64,000 bases of DNA, taken from the NCBI GenBank assembly GCA_040954595.2, contig CM082583.2, forward strand, positions 10,739,656 to 10,803,655, given 5' to 3'. Positions 38,701-53,700 of the stretch are shown in pieces. Under the pieces are notes generated by a model. That model saw nothing but the letters and a program-made list of their open reading frames with translations, had not been told where the DNA came from and searched no databases. The stretch's first letter is position 1; each line of letters starts with the position of its first letter. Origin of the DNA: Balanoglossus misakiensis. Its lineage: Eukaryota; Animalia; Hemichordata. The position numbers were made by a program, and so were the translations under genes.

Positions 38701-41700
38701 TCATGATTCAAAATGGCGCTTGGAAGAGACACCATTGGACATTTTTTGTTTTCTTCTGTGCCAAACATTTCATGATGTTTGCCATATTTTGTAAAGCTGT
38801 CAATGCAATGGGATAGATGTTGCTCTTCGTCAGATGAGACAATTTGTATATCACTTCCTTCAACATAATGGAACACCATGCTATTTTGAAATTGGCCCAT
38901 ATTAATGAACAAATCCTTTTAGAAATTGAGAACTGGTACATGTAGGTCTAAATTGAATGCTGCCAACTATACTCTAGGTTTCGTTGTGTATTCATTACAA
39001 TCATTTGACATTTGCTATGAACCCGATCCATAAAATTTGTGGCCACAAATCTTTCTGTCAGCTTCGTTGACAGGAACTAGTTCTCTATGATTTGTAACTC
39101 AGAGTGTCTCACTGCACCACTGTCTACAGGCCATCATATTTGATATATGATATCTTTCCATCTTTTCTTTGAGATTGCAAATCCATTTATTGCATCAGTT
39201 GTGAGATATGATCATATACACCCTGGTGCAAATATTGACCTACGAGCTTGGGTGCAGGTGTCCTGTTACTTCAATCTTTTTCTCGTTTTGAGCAAATATC
39301 AGTACAACTCTCTTTATTGTTCCTTGGTAATATTCAGAGATGCAATAAATGTCCAACTTTGATCTGGTATGAACCAGTATGACTGCACAGAATATGACCC
39401 AAAACATATTTTCGCCGATAAGCTTTGATTTACGTGAATAAAAAAATGTCAGAAAACCATCCAGTGAAGTGTTCCTGTATCAGCCATTCTTATTGGCTAC
39501 AAATAGTCACCTGACGTGGATTTGCCTTTTGATTGGCACAGGGTGGATAACACTAAGAGTATTCATAGCTAGGTTGGACTGATGGGGTCTTAACCTGTAC
39601 TTTAGATTATTATGAAATGCAATATAGGATTCATTTAAGGCAAAACATTTTTATGTAAATGATCTCCAATATCAGAGAAAGAGTAAAGGCATAAAGTTTG
39701 AAATAACAGTATTAACCGACCCTCATATTGGAATACTTTTAGACTCTTTTAATACTTAGATTTCATGCAAGTCCAGTCTGACATCACAGATGAGACCAAA
39801 GTGCAACTCAAAACTAGTACTAGATTTCTGTCCTACTGTGAACACTTTATATTCTTTCATTTTCTCTCCATCCTGATTGGTAACTGTCCGTGACCTGGTG
39901 TCACCAGGGCTGTATTATCTTTCAGTTGCACAAAGTAGTGGCCCACTTTCTAAGGCCCGGTGCCGAGGCTGTATATTGTGTGGCCCACCATCATAGGCAT
40001 GATGCCGTTGCGGTGATTGCATGCACGGCCCACATGATGACTGACCAAATTGCAGAACTAGCAGCTCTTGTGAACTGTTGTTGGAAAACAAATTCATCCA
40101 TCCACAGCATCAGAGAATTGTGTAACAGCTTTCAGCAAAACCACACATTGACGTAGGTGTTTTCCGCAGCTATAAACAGCCTATAGCTGTTGGTATGGCA
40201 ACTGGGGTACATGAAATCTCGCCATGCAAATGTTTGTTACCGTAGTGATGATTTGTTTTAATCACTTGGCTGAATAAAGGAAAATTTTGCTCTTCCTGTT
40301 GTGTTACCAACATGTCCAAATGCCCAATCCTTGGTCGTTAAAATAGCACTTTCTGTACTCTTGAAAAAACAGTGAAAACAATTTCCGATGTGGGCATGGT
40401 TCTACTTTACCGAGTACTTGACCATCATCAGGAGGCGTGATTAAGACACCAACGTGATAATTCATTCTTTTGTGTGTGTCCTTGAAGGAGGAGGCCAAGG
40501 GCACAAGCGGACATATCCCAGCCAATAAGCTTATTTTGAAATCGTCTGCGCTCATACCATTGGAGCCATGGCAAATCAAGTGGGAATAAAGCTATGGTCT
40601 GCTCATCTACCCCTATTCCAACGTGATGTGCTTGATTGCATCGCTGTTGGTCTCCCCTGCTGAGACGAAAATCCCCAGAGACTAAGATCTTGTTCGGAAA
40701 AACACTGAAGAGAAAAATTATTCATGCATTTTAACCTGGAAGGCAGAATGTCACTGAAAATCAAGTCGTTTGCTACATATATATGCAGTTCGAGATGAGG
40801 AAAATAATTCTCCTGATCTGTATTTGATACAAACATCTTCTCTGGATTGTACAGTGTGCATTGCTTTTAAATTTTCCTAGTAGGAATTCTAGAATCAATA
40901 TGTCTATGTACATGTTATTTGAACATGCAAGCACTGAAGCAGGGTGGCCTGTGGTTTTACAGAATCTGGTCGTACATATTTATGATACGTGTAAACCATG
41001 AATAAATCCAGGAAGATACAACACACAAGTACTCTTGGAAAATCATGTGAAATAAATGATTCAGCTATTTTGTTAAATTGTACTGGGAAATGTTATATGA
41101 GTTGACCTAATACATGTATGTACATACACATTTCCAAATCAGTCACGATTAGAACATATTTTCAGGACTATTACCAAACCTCAATGAATGCTGTGTATGC
41201 AGTCACTTCATTAATGACAGGTTTTGATGAAAATTCTGAGTGGAAACATCTGCCAAGTTTCTTCATCATAACATGTGCACATCTTTAAGCGAAGTTGGGG
41301 ATATCAAGACTTAGGCATGGCCAGTGTTGTGCCTTTGAGCAAGACACTCACTTGACATTTGTATTATAATAATCCAGGCAAAAATTCAAATGTCAACGAT
41401 TTCATTGCTCTTTACACGTATACACACTTTGTTTACAAACTGAATACTTGGCATTCAAAAATCCCTTAGTGAGAAGAACAAGGAACTGATGTACACGTAG
41501 TTGGTACATGGAATAAAAATACTGATGATATATATTATCAAAAAAATTTATAACTACAGAAGTGTAGAATAGCAGTGTCCCTTTTTGCTTGTGAGGACAG
41601 ACAAAGAGAGTAACTTCATGACTGAATGCCCACAGTGTCTCTGCTTCCATGAATTAACAGTCACATCCCCACCATGAAGTCATCACTCACTAAGCATGAG

Positions 41701-44700
41701 TAAATCCCAGGTCATGTCCTCAGGGAAGAATCTGATAATGCCCTGCCTGAAACTCCTCGCTCAGACTGACCATGCAACTTGCACCTCCCACAACTGTGAT
41801 TAATCTGCTCAGTTTCATTTCTATTTTTCAATGTACCATCTGACTGAATTTATACTGAAAATACACTTTCGTTCATATCTTTTGGATTGATAGTTTAATG
41901 TTTGTCAAATAATGGGTTGACTACTAAAACTTTGCCTGCATGGGTGTTGGCTATCAGGTACTATTCAAAAATTTGATATCAACACAACTAGCTAAAATCC
42001 CTGGAGCAAATGGCACGGGTTTAGTTTATTTGCTGTATTTGGCTGAAGCCAATTAAAAAGATCATCTGGTATTTTTGTGGTGGGCTGGAGCTTGATGACA
42101 TGTCGCACAAGATAAATGTGAAAATGCAATCTTAACTGACCACACAGTCTTTATCTGTTAGATAGCGATGTGATAAAATAATCCCTCCATACTCAGTGTG
42201 TTTGCTTGGACACAGTTCTCTGCTGTTCTGTGAAATCTACGATTATGTGTCTGTTTGCGTTTTGCTCTAGAAATCAAAACTGTGAACCCAGCTTCCTCTT
42301 TCTGTTCGTATCAATTAAACTGGCGAGATCGCAGTGAGGTCAACCGTTTGAGGTAAATGTCAGTTTTCCGATGAAACTTCTGCTGTCAAATTGACTGCTG
42401 AATGGCTGTTCTCTGGGAGTTCTGAGTAGGATTTACATTTCCCAAGGAAATTATTCCAGTGGTTAGTTTGGAAGAGGAAATTGTCAGAACATTTGAATCG
42501 ATATGACAGGAAGTGAGAAACAGTATGTGGTGAAATATGAACAATGTTGTTTTCTAAGAGAGAAAGAGAGAGAATTCACGCGTTTTTGTAGTTCTGCATT
42601 TCTTTGTGTCCAATAAAATCATCGGTCTCCAATACAATACTAAAAATCAGCTTGTTAACTAAAATCAGCAATAATCTGTGGGAGCGGTCACAAATATTTG
42701 ACTAGGCCATTCTGAATCCTGGTATACCTGTGTGGTTGATTTGGTGTCTTGACCTCGAACAGACTTTAATTCCTGCGTATTTGCATCAAGCTCCGGGGGC
42801 AAGTCTGATTGGAATCTTCTAAAGCTGAATGTGATGATATGTCCTTGAGAGGGGACACTCGCTGATGAACTGGCTCCCATCAGACTCGTAAATTTTCCTG
42901 CAGCTGACATTACTTACACTGGCAAATGAGAAATCTGCATCTAATAGCTTGATTCTGTTAATACACAACTCCCAAACTATGAGTCTTGCATTAAACTCCA
43001 TACACTCCAGAATTTTCAAATCTGATGTCATGTTGTTGACTAAGAATTTTTCGTCAGTCTGACCTCACCACCACAACTAAATAATTTAAGAGCCACTGAG
43101 AACTGTATTTTTAGTGAATATCTGATATTTTTATATGTGGAAATCAGGCTTTTTAAATTAAAGTGTAGAGAATAGATATGATGACAGACAGTGATGTGTT
43201 ATCAGAGACAGAAATAATTACAGTGAGAAATATTAATCGAACATGTAATTCAAAACTCGATTTTTTTCTTTGCATATGCATATACATGCCCCAAGCGTTA
43301 TACAATAGAACAGATCATTATGGTTTTCAATCATTCAATCATTGCTATTAGTTGAGCCACTTTGCTGGAATAATGAATGCTTCGGGGTATTATCAATTCT
43401 TCACAGGCCATCAAAAAAGTTAAATCTCTTCTTTGTTACACAGCCTTAGTTATTTTTTTGTGAAGGCAGTGTCTCCTATTCTGTCCATCTTGCCTGAAAG
43501 TTGTTCCCTAAATCATACATTTGTACTTAGTATATTCCTAGGAAACCCCTACTGAATTTCAATCAGAGCTGATGAATAAGAAGAGACTTGTTTGGAGATG
43601 GTGGATGTAGGTGGTAATTCAAAATAACAAACCAATGTAAACTGGCTTGGAAGTCTATTGTAGGGAAAAAGAATGTCAGAAAATAAAACATATTTAATAT
43701 TTTTGTTCAATTTTTCAGTGTTGAAATTTTGTTAAAATCCAGTTTATTAGAGAACACAATTGTTCAGTGTAAAACTGTCTCTCCTGACTGAAGGAAGTGT
43801 ATCGCTGGGTTCAGTTGCAACACATGGTTGTATATTTCTGAGTTGGAGATCGACATGTACATTTCACTTCGCTGTTACAGTGTTCTGAACCAATCACACC
43901 TCCCTTGAATCTAAATGTAATGTAATAGTCTCATCAATTTTTATCATCAGATAGGCCAGAACACAGGCTATTAAAAAAGATAGAGAAGTAAACTGATAAT
44001 TTGGTCATTATTAGTTATGTCTTGCATTTATGTGTATATTGAACAAAAATATGATATCTTCATGCTCACTTTCTTATTCTTAGGAAAGCCACATATGAGA
44101 AGATCTGGTCAAAGTCTCTTAAATTATTCAGTGCTGTGCCGTGGGTATTAAACTCAGCAACATTAGAGTTAAGACCCTTTTTACCTACATGGTTAATAGG
44201 ATCATATGAATAATGATGAAACCTTTGAATGGACTATTAATTCAGAAAATGCTTGTGTCAGCAGTAAGATTGATGTTTCCAGTTTAAGAAAGCTGATCGT
44301 CAGAAGGCAGAAAAGTTGTCGGCGTACCGTGGCAGTTCATTGACAAGCGCACTCTTTTTTGGGCACAAGACAGATTTGACACACAGCAACAAAAGCCGGG
44401 CACGTGGTGAACAACGGCAAAGATTATTATGGAGTTGGGTCGAATATTCATGGAGGTGTTCATTAGTATTCTAGTCATGCCCCACTTTTGTGTTTATTAC
44501 AAACCGATTCAGGGAGTCTGTTTGGGTATTGTTACATGAACCGAATTTTTTTTTTGTACGCGGCATGAAGCATGAGAAATCAGACAAATTACTGTTGAAA
44601 GAGAGAGAAAGGGAGACGGTTGTTGGATAGCTAAATGGTGATCCCTTAGCTCTAAAGCTTTCCTTGTAATGTTTATGACCATTGTTGGTCTTATAATGTT

Positions 44701-47700
44701 GCCATCTCCCGGGTTATAGTTGCAGTAAATCTTACCCCTGTTGTGAGTTGGACCAGTGTCAGTCTGCATACTGTTTTGTGCTGTACTCAGTCACAAAATG
44801 ATCTCGTAGGGATTCTGGTGGCGTACAGAAACTTCCCCACTGTATAGTTATTTCAGATAAATGTATTTTCTGTGCTACGTAATCTGGAATATTTGTTCTG
44901 TCTTCAAATTGTTCGGTGTGGGGTATGACTCTCCATGCTTATACCTCTCTAATATGTATCTTAGTATTGTTTGTGTGTAATGTTCTCAAATTGAAAACCA
45001 ACATATGAGCACAAACATGAGAGAAAGACAGACAGACAAACCCTCGACTGACGAAAGACAAAGAGAGAGCATTATGTGTGTGTCACCCTGCTATTATTTG
45101 AAAAAGAATTGTATGAAATTTAATCTTTGTGGCTGTTAATTGCTCAGTTCATATCAAAACATCTCGCCAGACCTTGAGAATTTATCATTAATCTCAAAGA
45201 TAGTGCATGAGGAAGCATGTTGAAAGTTTTATAGAATTCCTTTCAGGTGAAAAAAAGCAGTAGATTTAATATTAAGTTGATAATACCTTCTAGAGGTCAA
45301 TCTTATTGAAAGTACTAAACATGAGTCTGATGAAAACTGGAGTGGAACGCTGTACATGTACATTGTTGTACATGCATGACAGCTATTGTCCAAAAGGAAA
45401 AGCAAACAAAACATATAACACACAAACACACTACAAAACATTTTCTGCTTATTGCGGTCATTTATATACATGTGTACAATGCAAATAGAATGTTTTACCT
45501 GTGAATTTATGACATTTAAACCATCAAGGACATTTTGGTATCACCAATGTTTTTTTTTACTGTACACATGACAAATATACAGTCATTGTCTGAGTCCTTC
45601 ATATACATGCACATCCTCTCACCAAGAAGACAGTTATTTTTGTAGCAGACCCATCGAGGATATACAAATGTACCGGTACAGGATATTAGCAAAATGGCAA
45701 CAGAAAACTCTTGGATAAGGGAGGATTTAAATAAAAGGTTTAATCACTAGAGAAAGTGCATTCCTTCACAAGACTCTTCATTTTGCCTAGCAACAAATCG
45801 CATTGATTTCCTTCCTCCACCTGATGTCATCTGTTTTAACCGTCACCAAGGGAACAGAGTGATCCACTTGTCAACAGAGTTAACCATCTTGTTCTCACCA
45901 ATTAAGCATGAGTACGGCACTAGAAATTTAATTTTTACCCTTTCTCTAGTTTTGGTGGTAGGATTGCCATACTAAAGAGCACATCACCAAAGTGTATACT
46001 AGTTGTATGTGCAGGTGTACTTGTGTCTCTGTGATCAGGCGCTGTCATTGGTCAGCCATGGTCATGTGACTAGATTGTGCTCTTGTGTTTCAATGTCCAG
46101 ACACTCTCATTGGTCAGCCATAGTCATGTGACTAGATTGTGCTCTTGTGTTTCAGTGTCCAGACACTCTCATTGGTCAGCCATAGTCATGTGCTTATCAC
46201 CTGTATTATTCATGGAAATGTTCCGTAGCCCTTTTCTTTTGTACATTGTGCATGTAGGTTAAAAAGTCATCTTCCACTAAGAACGGTTTTATGCAAGAAC
46301 CCCCTGAAGCCAGTTTCCCTTTTCAAGTGAATTTAGGTCACACTGTAGTCAAAGTTCACACCAGCAGATATCATTGTGTACATGTGTATATATACATATG
46401 ATATCTGTATTGCTGGTTGTGCTTACATATTATCAATTGTAGTTGATGAGTATGAGTTATGAGCACGCTCGGTTTGCAGATCTAGCTAACATATTGTATT
46501 GCTCGCAAAACTTGTCTAGTGGACTTCAGGGAGCTTTTATACATCACTTGCTTCAGTGTGAAACACACACTGGAGAGTTATAAACTTATAGCTTTTGATA
46601 TTCAAATTATGCAATTGTAAGTATTGAAGAGTTCATGATATATGTTTCATGCATGTGTATGTTTTTAATAGCCAGAGTCTGTGTGGTTGGCCAGGCAAAG
46701 AATTAGACCAGGTGTGGTTCAGTTTTGTGTACAAGTATTGGTATTGAAAGTCTTGTATCTCTGAAATACTTAATGTTTCTGGGTTATAAAATACTCATGA
46801 CCCTATCTTCGCCTGCCAAAATTTCAATAAGTGATACCAAACAGCATTTATTGAAAGATGTTACACTTCAAAATTCCACTCGCTACGAAAACACCATCCA
46901 AGTGTCAAAATCAGGTGAATATCCAGCGGGGAATTTGCAGAACTGGACGTGTTCGGGGATTCAAATTTCATGAATAAGTTCAATGCAGTGTAGGAAAAAA
47001 AAGACGGGAATGAGGTGGAAGATTTATGGCTTGAATCACGCATTTAATGAACTCACAAGTGTGGACATTGGTTTGCAACAATGATATGTGAAAATTGTGC
47101 AGTGTATCAATCCGAAAGAACCGTTCTCTCAGATATTTTCTCCTGGAATAAAATGGACAGATTTATCAAATAGCACAGAGACGGATAATGATGGGAAAAC
47201 TAAACGTCTGATAGCATGCTGTCGTGAAACAAAGCGAGCTGTGAAAGTGATGTAGGGTAAAGCTATAGACAGTGGTTTGCAGACGGCTCTAGGTGGGATT
47301 AACCTTTCACCCCAAGTGGCAAGACAGACTTTCCATTATAAGTGGTAAAGAGGTAGACTACAAACCAATAAAGAAATGATGACTATAGAATACCAATTAT
47401 TCACCCGATACAATGCAGTCCCCCATGGCAGGCTGGAATGATAGTTGCAGGTTCTGTTTTCACAGGTCACTTCACAAAAAGATCTTTATTCAGAGAGCGC
47501 CTGTCCCCATTTACATAAAATAGCAGTATTTGTATCGTGGTGATATTACCCTCTTTTCCACTGGGAATGTAATTTAAATCTTTCCTCTCTAATATATTTC
47601 ATAGATCCATTGTATATTTTGATTGGCAGGTTTCTATTAATGGCTGGATTTTGGCCATTTTCCATGCATCTGTACATTTGTGTTATAAGCACATGTCAAA

Positions 47701-50700
47701 CAAAAATATATTTTGCAGAGTTGTGTTTATAGAACACTGTGATTTGATATTGAGTGTTTCAAGTATATATATATATATATATATGATAGTCGTAACCCCA
47801 GTTTACAATCCAGTCTACGTCCAATCTTATTTTGGAAGACCTCATATTCCTTGCTCTGCACTTGTCATTGCAAGTCCCACAAACTCAGCTGCCAGGCTGG
47901 TCAACCACGGCAGACAACATAATTTACAAGAACCTTGATCATTTCATTACATCGGTGACTTTTCACTCTCTCAGGTTACTGAAGTCAATTCTCCCGACAG
48001 AGTATGCTTTACATAAAGGTAATTTAATCAAATTGATTGATTTCCTCGGTCACATACCTGTATTAAGACATTGCACCAGTTCAATTTGGGAGTCGTTTCA
48101 AGAACTGCACTCTACAAGATGCCAATCAATGAATAATAACTAGAAAAGTAATCATAATGTGATTTTGTTTCCTTCGATTAGTACCTGCCCGTCAAACATT
48201 TATTTTCCTGTCAAATAAAAAAGATAAAAATGTAATGAAAAATGGTGCAGTTATTGGATTACAAAATTTCTGTTCATAAATTTTGTATTAGTCTCCTTTT
48301 AGTTGACTCTTTTCACTTGACTAGTTTGCTGTTTGATAAATGAGGTGTTACCCTGAGTTGTAAGGTCATATTGATGCTATGATATAGTTTACCCATTTGG
48401 AATTGTCAGGTTGAGTCAGAAAAACATTAATTTTGTTCATGCCAGCTTTGGCCAGTAAGAGTTTCTGTAAAGAGGCTTGTGGTTTATAATGATGGACATT
48501 ACTAGAAAGATGCATGATGGGAGTTAGTCCACAAATAGAAGCCCTTCAAGGCGATGGATGCATGTATCCACCATTAAAAGACCACTGCATAGTCTTGTCT
48601 TATTTCTAAAAAATGCAGCTATTGATAGTACTTGTATTAGTAGGGACAAAAGCTAAGATTGTTGTACATTTTCAGGTTTCAGGTTGTGATGGGCCAGGTG
48701 GGTGCCATTATTTTCAGTCGAGTGCACATTGCAGTGCCTGAGTGACACCCATTAAAAAGCACATCATAACATGACATATTGTGTATGACTGTATCACTTG
48801 GATGTTCATGTAGCAGACATGATGGGAAATTCTGGTGGAAAATACTAATGTGGACACATCGGCTTGGCAAGATTGTGCATAATGGACTCCTAAAGATTGA
48901 GTTCAGATAGCATTCTGATAACTGAGATGTCCATATTGGTGAATTATTTATATATTTGAACAATTCCTTGGAAATAATTAATGAGTTTGTAAGGGATTTG
49001 GATGCATATAGGATGGCTATAGTAGTTCATTATGAGGATGACAACATTGTTTTAATCAAAATAAAGATCATATTGTAGTCATGACAAAAACAAAACCAGA
49101 AAAATATAAGAAACTAGATAACTTATTTTGTTAACATGTGAGACAATATTCAGTTTGTGTAATTACTGTATACTGAATGTCCTTGTATTTTCTGCTGCTG
49201 TTTATTCGCAGCAGACATCCACAGCCACCGCGGCGCACAGCCTTTGAATTGTAGACTGAGTCTGTCATTGTCTGTGATGTGAGTATGCCCTCTGGCAAGG
49301 AATTATATGCCTGCTTGGATTGTGATTAAAAATTCTATCAAAGTAAACATTTGCAAAATTCACAACTTTTATGACAGGCTTGGGAATATTATGAAATAGT
49401 AAAATGTTGAAAGCAAGGTGAATACAAAATAACCAGGATGGCGACATACTCCGTAGATCTGTGATTAGCAGATCCTTTCTAACCCCCTAGGTTAGTTGAG
49501 AAAAATCAGGAATATGATTGCAACAGCCAGGATTGGTTTCTGATGCGTTCATTTCGAAAGCCAAACAATTTCAGACAAATGTTCTTCTATGTTACTTATA
49601 TTTGACATATTGTAATTACGTTTCATACTGTAGCTTTTTTGGTTATTTTTCTCTTACTGTAAGTGATAAAATCAACGATAATATACAAGAACAACAAAAC
49701 TTTGTCTATAAACCTAATTCTTGATCTAAGCCTATGAAAAAAAACACCCAATGACCTTTTTGGAAGAAAATTTATGAGCTGTCAAAGTGTACAATGAGTT
49801 AAAAAGGGGAAATAAAAGTCTAGTTTTTATGGACGTACCAGAAAAATGCTCATAGTATGCATGCAGAGTACAAAAGATCATGGACTGTTTGAGTCAGTCA
49901 GTCAGTCACAGGCATTATTGATATTTTATCAGGCCATAGTCTCTCTATCTGTTGTGTTTCATGGAAATATATGTACGGTAGAACAATTCTGAGATTTCTA
50001 AATGACATATGTACCCCTTATACCCTTATATTCATCTTGCTATAGGAATGATCCACATATAGTTTATCAGAAACAATGTATTCATTGTTGAACCACAGAA
50101 AACAATGCATCATTTTATGAAAATACTTGATGTGAATGGGCTGAGTTGTGTTGTGTGTTTGGTCACATGAAAATGAATGAGTGATTTATAATTCTCATTA
50201 TATTTTGTTGATCAGTTTGTTCTGTTGGTTATTTATCTATACTTTTGCTATTAATTAAACCATATTTACTTTGAGGAATTTGGTGACGGCTATTTTTTTC
50301 ATTCTTTTTGTTCATATGATTTATGTATTGTTTTTATCAACATTTTGCAGAGATTTCGAAGAAGATGATTCTGCTCAGAGTTCCACTACAACAAAATATG
50401 CTAAGTAAGTCAATCAGCCAAACCAATCAAAGTGCCTCTGATTTGGATGTTTGTGCAAGATGTGATGTGATTGGCTGAGACATCTCATTTGAATACTTCA
50501 ATTCAGTTATCTATTTTCTTGGTCTTTCCTCCTCAAATATACCCCAAGCTTTGTTATTTCATAAGGTTATTATGAAATATAGATTTTTCCCACATTTACT
50601 TTTACTCTGTTTAAATGCTTAAATATTTTCAAATTAATCTCTGTACACTCTTTGTTAGGACTCTTGTCACTAGAGTTGGCTTAAGCGTTTTTCTTTGCTT

Positions 50701-53700
50701 CACGGTTTGAATTTCTTTTCTCCAACGTGAATGTAGGAATGATGACGAGAGTAGACATGGCGACAAGGAACGCTTTGCCAGGTAAGACTGGCTTGGTGGT
50801 TCTTGTCTTGTCAATTTTCCTTCTTCCTTCTAACACGCACACCCCCAAAACTCTTTATAATTTCTTTCTTCTCTTTGCTTATTTCGTCTCAGTTTGCAAG
50901 CCAGTTTCTGTTTGAATGGTTTGGTTATAGATGAGTGGGCTGTTTAGGGTTTAATTGACTACATTTCAGTCAGTCTGCAATGTGTAAAGATGTGTACAAT
51001 TCAAGTCCCAGCTCCCTGTAGCAATGAGCATTTGACATATCTCACATCGTAGAATGACGTTGTCTTGTGGCAAGTATGAGGAGTGTTTGGAATGGGAAAT
51101 CTGTATATTGATTTATCCATTCATATTGAATATTGGTTGGTTGGATGGTTGGTTGGTTGGTTGGTCTTTTTCAGTTTGCGCATAATGAATAAATCTGATA
51201 CTAATTTTTATGACACACTTATTGTGATAACTTAATGCAGGGAGAATCATAGTGAAATTGAAAGAAGGCGTCGTAATAAAATGACAGCGTATATCACAGA
51301 ACTGTCTGACATGGTGCCCACTTGCAGTGCACTGGCCAGAAAGCCAGATAAACTGACCATTTTGAGGATGGCCGTGTCGCACATGAAATCTCTCAGAGGT
51401 GAGTTGTTTGACCTTTCACCTCCAGTTCCTTCCTCAGATGTCCAAATTTACCACAGAAAGCAAAATTAGAATATCATCAGCCCTGCTGATTTTGCTGTAA
51501 GTTGTCTGTACTGACATGTCTTTCATTGATTGATTGACTTGGATACAGGTACAGGAAACACAAGTACTGAGGGTACATATAAGCCTTCCTTTCTCACTGA
51601 TCAAGAACTCAAACACCTGATCTTAGAGGTAGGTTGACAAAATTAATGCTACACAAGTAAAATATCTCTGTAGATTTCTGAAAAGGGCATTAGCTTCATA
51701 TGTTACAACTTCTACTTGGCCTTTCTGAACTCACTGTGTTGGGCATATTGAGTTTGATGTTGGCCAATGGGTTCTTGGAAATATGGGTGTCTCCATACAA
51801 GTATGGACAATAATATCAGTAAGACCTAAAAATATATAACCACTATGTCAACAGACTAGAAGTACCCAGCTCCATATCAAATAAACTCTTGTCTGCCTCT
51901 ACTTGATTATGTCTTATCAATCCATGATTGAGGCATGATTACACGAAAACTGATGTGGTGTTTCTTGTTATCAACTCAACAGGCCGCAGACGGTTTTCTA
52001 TTCGTGGTATCATGTGAGACCGGCAGAGTGATTTATGTGTCTGACTCTGTCACTCCAGTATTAAATCAGACGCAGGTGAGTTATAAGCAGAAGTGAAATA
52101 ATTGATAGCGCGATGAAAATATAATGATATGGTTTCAGGTAACGCAGCTTGCTTGGAGTTTCTGTATCTGTGGGCTGCCATCAAGGGGTGTACATGTGGT
52201 ATACTGACTCAAAGATTTAACATTCTAGGGTGACATATTAAAGAGATCCGTTGCAATTCATGTATTTTTGTACAATGTAGGTTGATGCTTGAATTTTACT
52301 GTGATGTACATCAGCAAATCACAGTCTATACATACATTCTCCCTGCAGTCTGATTGGTTCAACAGTACACTGTTTGATATGGTTCATCCCGATGACATTG
52401 ACAAGTTACGTGAACAACTCTCAACAGCAGAGTCACCAACAACGGGGAGAATTCTTGATCTGAAAAGTAGGTACCCCTCGCTGTGTTGACCTTGTCATCC
52501 AAACTATGGGTCTTTCACTGGTTGTGGTCGAACCCTGTGGTGTCCTGTCCATTGTTGTGGTTGAGAAGGTTGACTGTATGGACTTAGTTTTGAAAAATAA
52601 TAATAGTTTTGTTAGTTGTTGGATTTTTAAAGGAGAAAAATTATAACTGAAAATGTAATTTTTGTCACTTTTATAGCTGGGACTGTGAAGAAAGAGGGAC
52701 ATCAAAGTAAGTATTTGGAAAGTTCTCAGAATTTAGAAGGTAAAATTTTGTGGGACTATGGTGATGTGATTCTGCCGTAACTGGTCAATCAAACAGTGTA
52801 GTTATACATTCACTGTTGATGAGGGAAACTTTCAAATGAGAAATTTAGGTATACTTTGGCTGTCTGTCCTTGGACAAACAGAAGAACCTTTTTGTTCATA
52901 CACTGACTTGCATCTAAGACGTTTGATCTCTTTGTGCAATCTAGCATCCATGCGTCTCTGCATGGGTTCCCGGAGAGGTTTCATCATCCGGATGAAGATT
53001 GGGAATGCTCAGATTGATCCCATGGCATATGGAAGATATCAACACATGAGGAATGTGCGTAATGGGCTTGGTCCTTCAAAAGATGGGGATCATTATGCAG
53101 TTGTCCACTGTACTGGATACATCAAAAACTGGCCACCTGCATCAGGTAAGGGTCTGTATCTCTTTTGGGTTCTTTTCATCACAGATTTCATTGGCTTATT
53201 AATATATCACATGATCAGCATTGATGTGTTCTATTTGTGAAGTGCAAATTGGCACCGTTGTTTCTAAATGGCTTAGTGATGAACAGTGTCAGAAACCATA
53301 AATGTATTGCATGTGAGATGGTCATGTTTTTGCTGCAGTCACGTTGTCTGTCTGTCTGTCTGTCTGTCTGTGAGAACTGTCTATTTGATTGTCATATTTT
53401 CCGTTAAGCTGCAGGTAGAGAACAAACAGAGGGAGAAGAGGGTCACAGCACAAATCACTACTGCTTGGTTTCCATTGGAAGACTTCAAGTCACCAGCTCA
53501 CCAAATTGTGCTGACTTAGGGGGCACCGGAACCCCCACTGAGTTCATTTCCAGACACAGCATGGACGGAAAATTTACATTTGTGGATCAAAGGTGAAGGA
53601 AATTCAGTTATTGTATACAAATGTACTTTGCTGGTGCCTATCATGTTGGAGCCCTTTTCAAAGTCCAGAGTAATTTGATAATTCTGATATGAGAGATCAA

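Noticed and set aside
46365-46407. Short hairpin (cagatatcat...atgatatctg) as a miRNA precursor
   Set aside because: The stem is short with a low-complexity AT/GT loop and no recognisable mature miRNA.
38622-49724. Numerous 60-100 aa ORFs in ARNT intron 2 as a nested gene
   Set aside because: No recognisable domains and no consistent splice chain; their lengths are as expected by chance.
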